Shown here piece by piece: positions 38,498 to 51,321 of a DNA stretch of 64,000 bases. Each line of letters opens with the position of its first letter. Within the stretch, counting starts at the first letter, position 1. A program made the position numbers and the translations under genes. Below the pieces are notes generated by a model, which did not search any database, was not told where the DNA came from, and saw nothing but the letters and a program-made list of their open reading frames with translations. The DNA is taken from positions 127,534,001 to 127,598,000 of the forward strand of contig OX597814.1 of assembly GCA_951406725.2 (NCBI GenBank), read 5' to 3'. Origin of the DNA: Octopus vulgaris (lineage: Eukaryota).

Positions 38498-38900
38498 GGT
38501 GCAGGTATGGCTATATGGTATGAAATTTGCTTCCCAACCATTTGGTTTCAGGATCAGTCCCACTACATGTCACCTTGGACAAGTGTCTCCTACTATAGCC
38601 TTGGGCCAACCAAAGCCTTCTGAGTGGATTTAGTAAATGGAAACTGAAAGGAGCCCATCATATGTGTATGTGTGAGTCTTTTCATTTGTGTTCGTTCCTC
38701 ACCACAACTTGACAACCAATGTTGGCATGTTTATGTCCCCATAACTCAGCGTTCCTGCAAAAGAGACCAATAGAATAAGTACCAGGCACTACAAAAAAAA
38801 TGTAAAAAAAAAAGTATTGGGCTTAATTTGTTTGACTGAAATTCTTCAAGGTGATGCCCCAACATGGCCACAGTCTAATGACTGAAAGAAATAAAAGCTA
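38498..38900 (+). mobile_element. SINE family A
   Basis: Co-linear with the family. Confidence 0.8.
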
Positions 38901-39010
38901 AAGGAGAAAAGATAGCTGAATAATTAGACTACCAAAGGGGTAAATGAGTTTTGCAATCTTGGAAGTTGTCATTGCTGATGTTCTTGTTGTCATCATCATC
39001 ATTATCTTAA

Positions 39011-39406
39011 ACCTTTCGAATATAGGCACAAGGTCTGAAATTAGGAGGAAGGGAATAGTTGATTATATCGACCCCAGTGCGTAACTGGTACTTAATTTAT
39101 TGACCCTGAAAGGATGAAAGGCAAAGTTGACTTCGGCAGAATTTGAACTCAGAAAGTAGCGGCAGAAGAAATACCTATTTCTTTACTACCCACAAGGGGC
39201 TAAACACAGAGTGGACAAACAAGGACAGACAAACGGATTAAGTCAATTATATCAACCCCAGTGCGTAACTGGTACTTAATTTATTGACCCCGAAAGGATT
39301 AAAGGCAAAGTCAACCTCGGTAGAATTTGAACTCAGAACGTAACGGCAGACAAAATACCACAAAGCATTTCGCCCAGCGTGCTAACGATTCTGCCAGCTC
39401 GCTGCC
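39011..39406 (-). mobile_element. Dimeric SINE family B with 18-bp TSD
   Basis: TCATCATCATTATCTTAA at 38993-39010 and 39407-39424. One head, two bodies, two different tails. Confidence 0.8.
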
Positions 39407-39610
39407 TCATCATCATTATCTTAATGCCTACTTTCCCATGCATGCATGGGTCAGATGGAATTTGCTGAGGCAGATTTTCTCCAGCTGGATGCCACCTGTT
39501 TCCAAGATAACATTTTTTTCATGACCAGACATGTTTCCACAGAATACAGGAAATGAATGACAATGCTTGTATGACAGTGACTCAGCTATTCTGTGATATT
39601 AAGTCAATGA

Positions 39611-39642
<32 letters not shown>

Positions 39643-39996
39643 GACACACACACACATACAAACACACACACACACACACACACACATACACAACCACACA
39701 CAAACACAAACATACACAAACACACACACACGTATATACATATACATATATTGCCCATGTGACAGCACGTGCTTTTCTCTGGACTATCTGCTCCTTCCTT
39801 CTTTCCTATCTTCTCTGGACTTTTCGCTTTATCTGACAGCCATGCTTAAAATGTCATTTCTACCACTATTTTCCCATCTAAAACTTTCACTGAGCAATAA
39901 TTTAATATGTATATGTACAATTGACTTTTGTTGTTCTTTTCTTGTTTTTTTTTGTTCTTGTTGTTGGATTTGGTGAGACATATGTGTGTGTGTGTG

Positions 39997-40050
<54 letters not shown>

Positions 40051-40055
40051 TTATA

Positions 40056-40850
40056 TAGAATACTTAAGATTAGATTAGTGCTGCAACATGGGTTAGTAAC
40101 CATTATCTCGGCTTATGCCATTCAGCCAGGGCTACCTTATGAACAGAAAGACTGATTTTATGACACCCTCTTGCAGACTACCTAGTCGACAAATGAGATA
40201 GGGACCTTCTCTTTGTGGCTGACGACTTCAATGGGCATGTTGGACAACATGCAGGGGTCCTCCATGGCATACATGGAGGCTATGGTTTTGGTTCCTGCAA
40301 TGAGGAGGGAACCAGGCTGCAAATGATCCTATGGTTTGTAATACTAACTTCAGGAAACCTGTTAGTCACCTATTCACCTACTGATCTGGTGGACACACTA
40401 GTCAAACTGACTACATCCTCACCAGGAAACAGGAAAGATGACTACTTATAAATTCCAAAACTTTCCCAGGAGAAGAATGCACCTCACAACATAGATTAGT
40501 AGTTAGTGACTTCAAGATCAGGGCTAAATGGATGCACAGAAGACAACCAGCATGGAGAAGAAGGGTCTGGAAACTTAAGGATCCTGCAAATGGACAGAGA
40601 TTTGGAGATGTATTACTCGAAGCTTTTGATGAAATATAGGGGGATATAGCATCACATGATGTGGAAGAGAACTGGCGGTTTCTATGGGACAACCTGTTGA
40701 GGGCTACTGACCAGATCTGTGGATGGTGCAAAGTCCCCTCTCGACTTAAGGTAATGTGGTGGAGGAACAATGTTGTTGACAGGGCCATTAGGGAAAAGAA
40801 ACAGGTATGGAAGGACTGGAAGAGCAGTGGTAGCAGGGAATTGTATCAGA
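40056..40850 (+). pseudogene. RTE LINE AP-endonuclease and linker region
   Basis: RILKIRLVLQ...IISAYA.QPGL, DDFNGHVG...HGGYGFGSCNEEG, TSQTDYIL, GEECTSQHRLVVSDF, WWRNNVVDRAIREKK. Confidence 0.85.
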
Positions 40851-41534
40851 CAAGGAGCTTTTCAGGCTCCTTGTCTGTTTTGGCATGGTTTCTATGGCTG
40901 GATGCCCTTCCTAATACCAACCACTTTACAGAATGTACTGGATGCTTTTATGCAGCACCAGTATGGATGCTTTTTACATGGCACGAGCACTTACAAGCCT
41001 GTGAGATTACGAATGCTCAGCTGGAGAGGGCTGCAAGGGACGAGCCTCTATGCAAGGACTACCATGCTTTTATTTGACTCAGCATATCTTTTCAAGCACA
41101 GCAAGGTACCAGGTGTTTCAGTCCTCTGTGAGTCCCAATATTCATAGATCATTTCTCATCACTTCATCCCACATCTTTCTGGGCTTACCCCTGCTACATG
41201 TTCTTTCTATAATTAGAGATCAACATCTCTTTTTGCAACTGTCCTCATTCTTATGTATTACATAGCCAAATCAGCAGTCTTCTCTCTTGCATGCTGCATC
41301 TGTGGCTACATATACCCAGTTTTTCTCTCAAATCACATTCTGTCATATATGCACACTGACATTACCCATCCAACGCTCCCTACCAAAGCCACTCACAAAG
41401 CTTTAAATATCCAGGGCTACAGTAGAATTTACCAAAAGTGTCACAAAGTGGGACTGAATCTGTGATTAGATTTGGAAGCTATTACTAGCAAGTTGGGTGA
41501 CTTACGTTGGCTGAGACTCAGCAACAAATTAAAG

Positions 41535-41930
41535 AACACGGCACATAAAATGCATCATATGAATGTGGTTGATGCCAGTGCCCCTTGACTGGTTCCTGTG
41601 CCAGTAGCATGTAAAAAGCATCATCCAAACATGGCAGATGCCAGTGTCCCCTGACTGGCTCCCGTGCTGGTGGCATGTAAAAGGCACTATCCAAACACGA
41701 TCAATGCCAGGCCTGCCTGCCTGGCTCCTGTGCCGGTGACACATAAAAAGCACACCCACTACACTCTCAGAGTGGTTGGCATTAGGAAGGGCATCAAGCT
41801 GTAGAAACATTACCAGATCAGATTGGAGCCTGGTGCAGCCACTGGCTTTCCAGACCTCAGTTAAACTCTCTAAACCATGCCAGCATGGAAAACGGACGTT
41901 AAGCAATGATGATGGTGATGATGATGATTA
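41535..41930 (+). mobile_element. RTE 3' UTR copy with hairpin array
   Basis: Repeated GTG(C/T)(C/T)(G/A)GT(G/A)(G/A)CA...TAAAA(A/G)GCA units, core GTGGTTGGCATTAGGAAGGGCATC, (GAT)n tail. Confidence 0.8.
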
Positions 41931-42545
41931 GTCTCATGATCAAACAGAACCTGTTGGATCAGCTGACGGAATGAAGAGTAAACCAGAATTAGGAGTAAAT
42001 ACAAGATAAAGAAGACCTAAATAAGATCTAACTCCGATAGAAAAACATTGGGTTAACAACACAACACCACGGCATAAAATTATCAGCATTCACCACAGGA
42101 AAATTGTAGAATCCATCATAACACAAACAACACATCATGTGATTATTACACAAGCAGGAAGCCAAATGTGACAGCCGAAGCTTTATAAAAGCGGCTGTCT
42201 TACACTTCTACCTGTGACATCCAACAGTCAGATTAAAACAAGACCAACATTTAAAGTAAGAAATGGAAGAGAGAAACTTGACAAGAATTTTAATATGTCT
42301 GGGAAATCTGGAAAATGAGTGAAACATTTTCAAACTGTAGAAAATCACGATGGGAAGTTCTACAGTGATATTTATAATGTGATATATTTATCAAGGTAGA
42401 GATGGTTTTCAGTTATACAAATCTCTGTGTGTGTGTGTGTGTGTGTACATATGTGTATTTGTGCTGATGGAGGGATTGATATTTCTTTGATTACTAAACA
42501 TTAATAGTTTACAACAACAACAACGCCGCCGCCGCCGCCACCACC

Positions 42546-42579
<34 letters not shown>

Positions 42580-42987
42580 TAGCCATTTATTTACCCACCT
42601 ATCATCATCTGTGCCCATTTTCATGTCCATACTAGCATAGCCATCTCTCTTATGCACCACAGCTTGTTCTTCTCATACCTATTTTTTCCTTCAGCTCATC
42701 TTTACCTCATCATTCATAAATGCTGGTATTACACATCCAGCAGACTTTCCTATTAAAACTTCTAAAATTATCTTCAACCTACATTACTTGTGACACTAAT
42801 TAATTACATTAATTTAATGTAATGAGTTAAGAAATTTTAATTAATTAGTTAACACTTGTAGTGCATATAGGTACAGGTGTGGCTGCATGGTTAAGAAGTT
42901 TGCTTCCCAACCAAATGTTTTCAGGTTCAGTTCTACTGCGTGGCAAGTCTGGCAAGTGTCATCTACTATAGCCCCAGGATATATTAT

Positions 42988-43505
42988 TATCATCATCATT
43001 GTTTAATGTCTGCTTTCTATGCTGGCATGGGTTAGATGGTTTGACTGAGAACTGGTAAGCTGGGAGGCTGCACCGGGCTCCAATCTGATCAGGCAGTGTT
43101 TCTACAGTTGGATGCCCTTCCTAACGCCAACCACTCTGAGAGTATAGTGGGTGCTTTTATGTGCCACTGGTACAGGGGGCAGTCAGGCAGCACTGGCATG
43201 GACCACACTTGAATGGTCAGGCAGCACTGGCATCAATCATGAGTACGATTTCATTTGACTCAATAGGTATTCTCGAGCACAGCATATTGCCCGATGATTG
43301 AAGGGTACTTTTAACGGACTGGTTATGCAACACTGGCATAGGACATGGATACAATCTCACTGTCTGCATCCAAACACAACACATGACCATACCAGGACAG
43401 TCTTCTCTCTTGCACATCACATCTGATGCTTCTCATGTCCAACTTTTCCCTCAGGGCGCTTACACTCCGTTGTGTATGCACACTGACATTACACATCCAG
43501 CAGAG
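42988..43505 (-). mobile_element. Internally deleted RTE 3' portion
   Basis: MLCWMCNVSVHTQRSVSALREKLDMRSIRCDVQERRLSWYGHV followed by the 3' UTR. Confidence 0.8.
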
Positions 43506-43665
43506 CATAGTAGAGGAAAACTGAAAGAAGCCCATCATGTATGTATATATTTGTATGTATATATGTCCCACCTATGCTAGCATGGAAGACAGACATTAAA
43601 CAATGATGATAACGATGATGATGATAATGATATGTGTGTGTATACACACACACTCACATACACAT

Positions 43666-43703
<38 letters not shown>

Positions 43704-44238
43704 CATTGATGGGGTGCATGTTACTGTCTCCTCAACTTGTCTCCCTACCTTGACACCACATGACTGTTGCAGGTGAGTATTATTCATGCAATCTGTGTCC
43801 TTCATTTCCAGTCTTCCACAAAAACATGACCAGACATGTTTTTGCGGAAGACAATCAATAAAATTAAGTATTAGTCAAGCATGGGATCAATGCAATCGAT
43901 TATCTCATTCTCAGTGGCTGGCCTTGTGTCAAAATTTGAAACAATTTTTCATAACAAACATTTAGTCATTAAATCATTTTTCTCCAAAAGGATGAGGACA
44001 ATTACCTGACTTGAAAACAAATGAAAGTTGGCAATAGGAAGGGCATCCAGCAATAGAAAATTTACCTCAAGAAATGCAGTCTAACCCTTGCAAACATGGA
44101 AAAATGGACATTAAAACGATGCTGATGAGAAAAGAGAAAAACATATCCTTATGACTAATTCAGGTCAACAAAGCAAGGGAGACAAACCTAAAAAAGAATT
44201 AAATAAAATTAAAATCAATTAAAATTTTAAAAAAACAA

Positions 44239-44490
44239 TGAGAGACCTGCATGGGGTGGATGTAGGTACCTTCAAAATAAAGCTGGACCTCTTCCTGTCA
44301 GGTGTCCCAGATGAACCAACTTTGCTGCAGGATGTGCAGATGAGAGCAGCTGCATCAAACTCTCGTGCACCAAATGCCAATTGCTAAAAAGCATACGTGA
44401 AGTAAAATTATGTAGCAACACCAAATGGCGGTGCCCCAGCATGGCCACAGCTCGTGAGCTGAAACTAGATGAAATAAAAAAGAAATAAAA
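44239..44490 (+). mobile_element. CR1-group LINE extreme 3' end; shares its tail with SINE family A
   Basis: RDLHGVDVGTFKIKLDLFLSGVPDEP...RAAASNS, then GGCGGTGCCCCAGCATGGCCACAGCTCGTGAGCTGAAACTAG plus an A-rich tail. Confidence 0.7.
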
Positions 44491-44891
44491 ATGGGGTGTG
44501 AGTTTGATCTTTAGCAGACAGTGACAACTTCAGTCATGTTTCAGTCTTATTAAAGTACATTCTAATTGTTAATGCCAGAATGACTAATGAGAATACACAG
44601 GATTTTTGTGAATAAACACAATCATATAACATCATAAAAATGACTTAAATTACAATAGTTGAAGAAAAACATCATAAGTAGTAAATTTAATAATACATTT
44701 ATGAAACAGATATTATGTCATTTTGATTTTATAAGTATTACATTGAGGTTACTAGTGTCTGTGGAGTACTCAACCAGTTAGTTACACTGTAATTCAGTGA
44801 GTAGTTAATTCCATTAACTGAACAACTGGAATAGTGTTTGTTGAAACCGTTGGAGGATTCATTTATTTTATGAGTGCATATGTATAAATGT

Positions 44892-45205
44892 GGAGGCACA
44901 ATGGCCCAGTGGTTAGGGCAGCGGACTCACAATTGGAGGATTGCGGTTTTGATTCACAGACCAGGCGTTGTATGTGTTTATTGAGCAAAAACACCTAAAG
45001 CTCCATGAGGCTCAGGCAGGGGATCGTGGCAACCCCTGTTGTACTCTTCCACCCCAACTTTCTCTCACACTTTCTTCCTGTTTCTTGAGTAATGCTGCGA
45101 TGGACTGGCGTCCCATCCAGCTGGGGGGGGGGACACATTCGCCATAGAAACCAGGAAACCAGGCCCATGAGCCTTGCTAGGCTTGAAAAGGGTGCATAAA
45201 AAAAA
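44892..45205 (+). mobile_element. tRNA SINE family C with V-domain-like body
   Basis: A and B boxes, CTGCGATGGACTGGCGTCCCATCCAG, poly-A end. Confidence 0.8.
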
Positions 45206-45506
45206 ATGTATAAATAAATATATATGCACAAAAATAGATGAGTGTGTGCACGAGCGCATATATATATGTGACTGAGACTGGCAATGCCAACTGTCAGCTA
45301 CACAGCATTAGCCATAGTTTCTTTTACTTGCTGAGTTCAGATCCAGTAGTTGGACGAGAAGAAGGTTTCCATGGACTCATCACATGATAAGCAGAAAAGG
45401 TTACTCATCATTGTTTCCCTTTCAGTATAAAATTTCAAGTAGTTAACTCAAATAACTGGCAACAGATAAAACAACTAAACAGGACACACACACACACACA
45501 TGTACA

Positions 45507-45853
45507 TCTCTTTGAAAATCAAAGAAAAAGAGGATAACTATGGGCAACTGCTTTGAAACCTCCATCTTCTATATCCAGACTACAAATTCATATTCATACC
45601 AATAATAATTGGAGCACTAGGTTTTGTTAGTAAATGCTTAAAGGAGAATTTGGATAAACTGGATTTTCAGAAAGAGAAATCGACCAGCTAATTCGTACAT
45701 TACAAGTGCAATCTGTGAGTGGAAGAGTGAAAATGTGCAAGACTTTTCTCAAGTTCCAAATGTGTATTTCTTTGTGTTAACTACATTCCATGTATGTTGG
45801 AAACCGGCTCCCTTCTCAGTGGAAGATTTATAATAATTAAAAAATAGAAGAGA
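45507..45853 (+). mobile_element. R4/Dong-like LINE 3' end, second copy
   Basis: Closely similar to 1782-2148. Confidence 0.75.
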
Positions 45854-47179
45854 TATACATACCCACCCCCACAACTCACCTTCCTAATATCCAAACCTCT
45901 ATCACTCTGCTGACTACAATGCTAGTCATTCCATTCAGCTGCTGTAATTACATGAGAGTAGAACTGCACATATTTCATCCCCACTTTTGTGCAACCAGTT
46001 ATCGCTTTACCTGGAATTAACTCCTTTTATCTCATGCTTTCTCAATATAACCTCTTACTACCTTATTTTCCACTGAATGCCCCTTTAATTTCCCCTGTAC
46101 ACCCTTTCATATCTGGTAATAACCCCCCACCTTCCACTCACTATTGTTGTCTGTCATTCACTATTTCCAATCCTGTGCACCTCTGACTTTGTTCCTGACA
46201 CTGTGCATCTCTCTCATCTTCAATACATATCATCTGTGCTGCCACGTATCACCCCTCTGATACACTCCACCTTCTCTCACCAAAGCTGATATTCACTATT
46301 GGCCATACCACCACTCATGTTCAACCAGGCAATGGTAGTGCCTTGAAGGGCTTTAGTGGAACAAATCGACCCCATTCCTTACCTTTTTAAATCTGGCATG
46401 TATCCTATTGGTCTCTTTTGCTAAACAACTAAGATATAGTAACATAAACAAACCAACACCAAGTTGTCTGGCAAAGGGGTCAGACACAAACATAAAGACA
46501 CATGCAAATATATATATATATATACACTAGCACTATGACCCAGCAACGCCGGGTCATAGTGCTAGTGCTAGTCAAGCATATTTGGTCTTTCATGAAAATC
46601 CCGCTCTTTTGTCATTCACTTGGTCTAACTCATCAATTATTCCCTGCATTTCTCAAATCAAAAAAGCATGCACGTTTCAAAGCCAAAACAATGAGAGAGA
46701 CAATAATAATAGAAAGTAATGGAAGACAGTAATGGTAAGTACATATTTACTAGATTGAATGATGGATAAAGAGAGATAGGAGATGGCAATAGTGAGAATG
46801 TCAACAATGATTAGTCTTGGGGGAGAGGGAGTGATGGCTGGCAGTATGGAAAAGGAGATGCTAGGACATATTGGATCTGAAACAGGTCCAAGGTAAACTT
46901 TTATAGAAAAATATTTTGATGTGAGAGAGAGAAGTAGAGATAAAGGTGGAGGTAGCAAGGTATTAAATATGATCTGGTTCAATGACATCTCTTATTTAGC
47001 AGGAAACATATGTATATGAGAATGATGATGAAGATCATTTTATCTTAATCTCTCTCTCTCTCTATTTATCTAAAAGTAGCAAGGGTAGTTTTTCTACCTG
47101 GCCAACTCCTGTGAACTGTCCTACCCATACATGTATGGAAGATGGACATAAAATGATGATGATGATGATCTATCTACCC

Positions 47180-47475
47180 ATAAGGCTCTGATGAAGATAT
47201 GGGATATTACTCTGGTACTCTATCCTGGCTGTGCAGTTCCATATAGTTGAGATGGTTGTAGGCTAATGCATACGATTACATAACTTCTGTTCTTTTGTCA
47301 TTTATTTATTAATAAATATCATGTTCTGCACTTATCCTCTGGTTCGTGTAAGAGCCTGGAGTAGAGTCCATCAGTATATATTCACACTGCCTCACTGCTG
47401 GAGCTTAGTAATACTGCCTTTGTACTTGGACTTCTAACAAGTGGTTATTAGTCCTGCTATAGCAAAGCAAAATTA
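47180..47475 (+). mobile_element. Possible Penelope-like terminal repeat with a decayed hammerhead core
   Basis: CTGATGA (47188-47194), stem ATATGG/CCATAT, then GAGA where GAAA is expected, and AATAAA downstream. Confidence 0.35.
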
Positions 47476-48260
47476 CACACACACACACACACACATTAAT
47501 ACATACATGATCAACTTAAGTATACAAGTTTATGTTTTTTACAAGTTGATAATTAGTGATTTTAAATCACATCTTACTGTTGTTATTGTGCATACAAAAT
47601 TGATTGATTGATTAATTGATTGTTTTTGTTGTTATTGTTTAGCCCCAAATTAACTCTGAATGAGCAGATCTTTGATGAAAAACATTCCAGCTGCAATCAT
47701 CTATTTTTTTTTTTTGTTAAGTATTGTGTACCCTGAACTTAATTGTTCAATGTCTCTTCTCTCTTTCAGACTGTAGAATATGATTTGAAGGAGAATTTTT
47801 CACTGTCATTTCTAGCAGGCTGAGCGATCACTAAGAGACTCTTTCATTAGATCAATATTATATATAGGTTAGATGGTTGGTTGATAAGATAATGGACTTG
47901 CTACACATAGATTTAGAATTCTCATAAACTACAAATACTTAGACATGTTTCTAAGCAAGAAACATTGATTTACATTGCCTCATTTTAAATAACTGTCAAG
48001 AACAACTACCAGATTATTGTATTAGATTAGCCTTCTATCCAGGTGGTGGTTATCTCTCATCTGCTTACTACTGCAAGACCTGAACTAATCACTGGACTTC
48101 TAAAGTTTCTCAGACATTTGACATTTATATAAAAGAATGAAAGACAAAGAAAATCCAAGCAGTAGTTCACCTCAAGTTAAATGTTCAAAATGAAATCCTC
48201 AAAATCATTTGATTCAATGGTCTGCCAACTTTTCAGATCTAAACAAAGATATGATATTAG

Positions 48261-48692
48261 TTTCAAATTTTGGCACAAGGTCAGCAGTTTCAAGGGAGAG
48301 GTTGATTACATCGACCCCAGTGCTCAAGTGGTACTTATTTTATCAACTCGAAAGTGATGAAAGGCAAAGGTGACCCAAGCTGCATTTGAACTCAGAACAT
48401 AAAGCTGGAAGACATGCCACTAAGCATTTTGTCCAGTGCTGTAACAATTCTGCCAGCTTGCCAGTTTAAACAAAGATTTAATATTAGTTTTTTGTCACTA
48501 GTCCAGGAAGTTCAGGGGAGGGGGTAAATCAATCACATTGACCCCAGTGCTCAACTGGTACTTATTTTATGGACCATGAAAGGATGAAAAGTAAAGTCGA
48601 TCTCAGTGGAATTTGAACTCAGAATGTAGATGGACAAAATGTCTAGCAGCATTTTGTCCAGTGCACTCACAATTCTGCCAGCTCACCACTTT
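48261..48692 (-). mobile_element. Two tandem SINE family B copies separated by a triplicated target sequence
   Basis: AAACAAAGA(T/C)(A/T)T(G/A)ATATTA at ~48241, ~48468 and ~48693. Confidence 0.75.
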
Positions 48693-48880
48693 AAACAAAG
48701 ACTTAATATTATTATTACATTGGCAGTAAAGTAAAGTAAGATAACTAAAAGAGATAAGTTCTGATGTTTCAGGCAGATTTTTTCAAAAGGAATTATTTCA
48801 TAAAGTAAATGATTCTAGCAAACCAAATTCTTAAGTCACTTGTTATTGCTGTATACATAGGTCAGCTATATAATCCAGAG

Positions 48881-49213
48881 TGAAGGCACATTGCTCAGTG
48901 GTTAGAGCGTCGAGCGTACGATCGTGAGGTTGTGAGTTTGATTCCCTGACCGGGCTGCGTGTTGTGTTCTTGAGCAAGGCACTTTATTTCACGTTGCTCC
49001 AGTTCACTCAGCTGTAGAAATGAGTTGTGACATCACTGGTGCCAAGCTGTATCGGCCTTTGCCTTTCCCTTGGATAACATCAGTGGTGTGGAGAGGGGAA
49101 GGTGGTATGCATGGGCGACTGCTGGCCTTCCATAAACAACCTTGCCCGGACTTGTACCTAGGAGGGTAACTTTCTAGGTGCAATGCCATGGTCATTCATA
49201 ACCAAAGGGGGTT
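48881..49213 (+). mobile_element. tRNA SINE with Deu/Nin-like domain (family D-related), young, with 14-bp TSD
   Basis: TATATAATCCAGAG at 48867-48880 and 49214-49227. A and B boxes. CACGTTGCTCCAGTTCACTCAGCTG. Confidence 0.8.
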
Positions 49214-50337
49214 TATATAATCCAGAGGACCTATGAACAAAGGTGTACCAGTTGGGATCATTCTACTGTTTATTGAAAATAATGTGTATCTTTAACTACA
49301 TTATCTTATGTGTTCAAGTTGTGATTTAAGGGAAATTTGGCTGCTATTTCTAGCAGAGTGAGTAATAGTGCAGAGGTTCTCTAGTTGCCTTATTCAGAAG
49401 TCAATTTTAACTCTAAACAATTGATATTTAATTTTTCTTACATTGTTTAAACACTTTGAGAAAGGCATAAAAAATCACACAGTCTCTATATAAATTATAT
49501 TATGGACCAAGCAATAATCTAGAAGATTTATCATTTTTAAGTTAAAAAAAAGAACAAAATGATCATCTCACTTGTACTCTGTAAATTCTGTCTTGGAACT
49601 AAACACCAACAATAACCATTATCAACCATATAGTGTCAACAATATGGCCATAAATTGGGTACCAGTGGCAGGATAATGATGATGATTTGGCAGATTCATC
49701 AGAGCAGTGAACAAAATGCCTTACATTATTTCTTCCAACTCTTTACATTCTGAGTTCAAATGCTGCCGAGGTCAACTACTTTTCATCGTTTTAGGATCGA
49801 TGAAATAAAGTACCAGCCAAATACGGAGGTCAATGGTACAAACTAATTGACCCTCAACTTCCTATCAAAATTGCTGGTTTTGTGATTGTATCAGAAACCA
49901 TTTATCATATATATTATCACATTTATTATATATATTATCACATATACATTATTCATTGATATGCTCACACTACATAGCTGAAGCTGTTGGATCAGCAACT
50001 GCAGAAGTAGAGGCACAATATGTTGTGTGACCTAATACTAGAAGTAAATTTCAAAGCACAACTCTCTTTCATTGAAATAGCTGAGATCACTTCCAAACAT
50101 AACCTTTTTCTCATTAACAGTTTGTAAGAATAAGCTGTGTTAATGAAATGCAGCATTTATTTAATTATTTATTTACGTGCTTATTTATTTATTCTTTCTC
50201 TTCTGATGAAGTATTTTATTAACTCTTCTGTTGTTCTGAATCAAACTGAGATAATTCCTACAAAAAAAAAAAAAAAAAGAAAAAATGCAAAAAAAAAAAA
50301 AAATCAATTAAATGTAACTATTTTTTCTGAAGAAACA

Positions 50338-50389
<52 letters not shown>

Positions 50390-50772
50390 GTATCATTCTT
50401 CATCTTCTTTCCTATTTGCTTGCTACTTGGCTTTGTTTCTTGTTTTGAAAGTTTCTTCTGCATCTCTTCCTTGCACCAGTATGGGGCTTGATATTATAAA
50501 GCACCTCCTCCAATGACACAAAAGCAACAGCAGCAACAACAACAACAATGACATCAGAAACAACAACTATAACAGCATCAGCAACAATAACAATGACAAC
50601 AACAACAACAACAACATCAACAGTGGTCTCATTATATTGATAGTGATTATCCAGTGAATGGCTGCTGGTGACAGACTTACTCTTCTTTTGTATGATTCCA
50701 AGATTCCTCCTGGGTTTAGCAGAGGTGGGAGAGAACTGTGATTAGCTGTACAAGTCTCTGTGTGAACATGTG

Positions 50773-50807
<35 letters not shown>

Positions 50808-51321
50808 AGGCATTGTTCGGAGGGCCCGTGGTTGGATGCTTCTGGATTGTGCAAATGTATGGATATAGTTTTGACAGCATTAAGAGTGTGGGTGCAGGAG
50901 GGAGGTGTCACTGCGGATAGATCAACCTCACCGTACCTGCCACCTTACCTTGTACAGTTTTTATGCACCCACCAATCTTTACCAATTGTTTGTCTCTCTC
51001 ACTCACACTCACACTCAGTCTCTCTGCCTGAGTTATGTGTGTGTGTGTGTGTGTGCGCGTGCACATGTGTGTATGAGTGTGCGTATGCACATGCATGTGA
51101 ATCTGAGTGTGCATATGTGTGAATGTGTGTGGATACATACATACACACCACACATATATGTATATGTATGCATGTGTGTATATATGTATTTATACATACA
51201 TATACATATATATATGCAAGCATAGTAGGGAAACCCTGTGCGTTTGTGAGAAAAGGTATGAAAGTTACAGTAAAACCTTCTATCTTTTGATACAAATATA
51301 TTAAGACATCTGTATTCTTTT

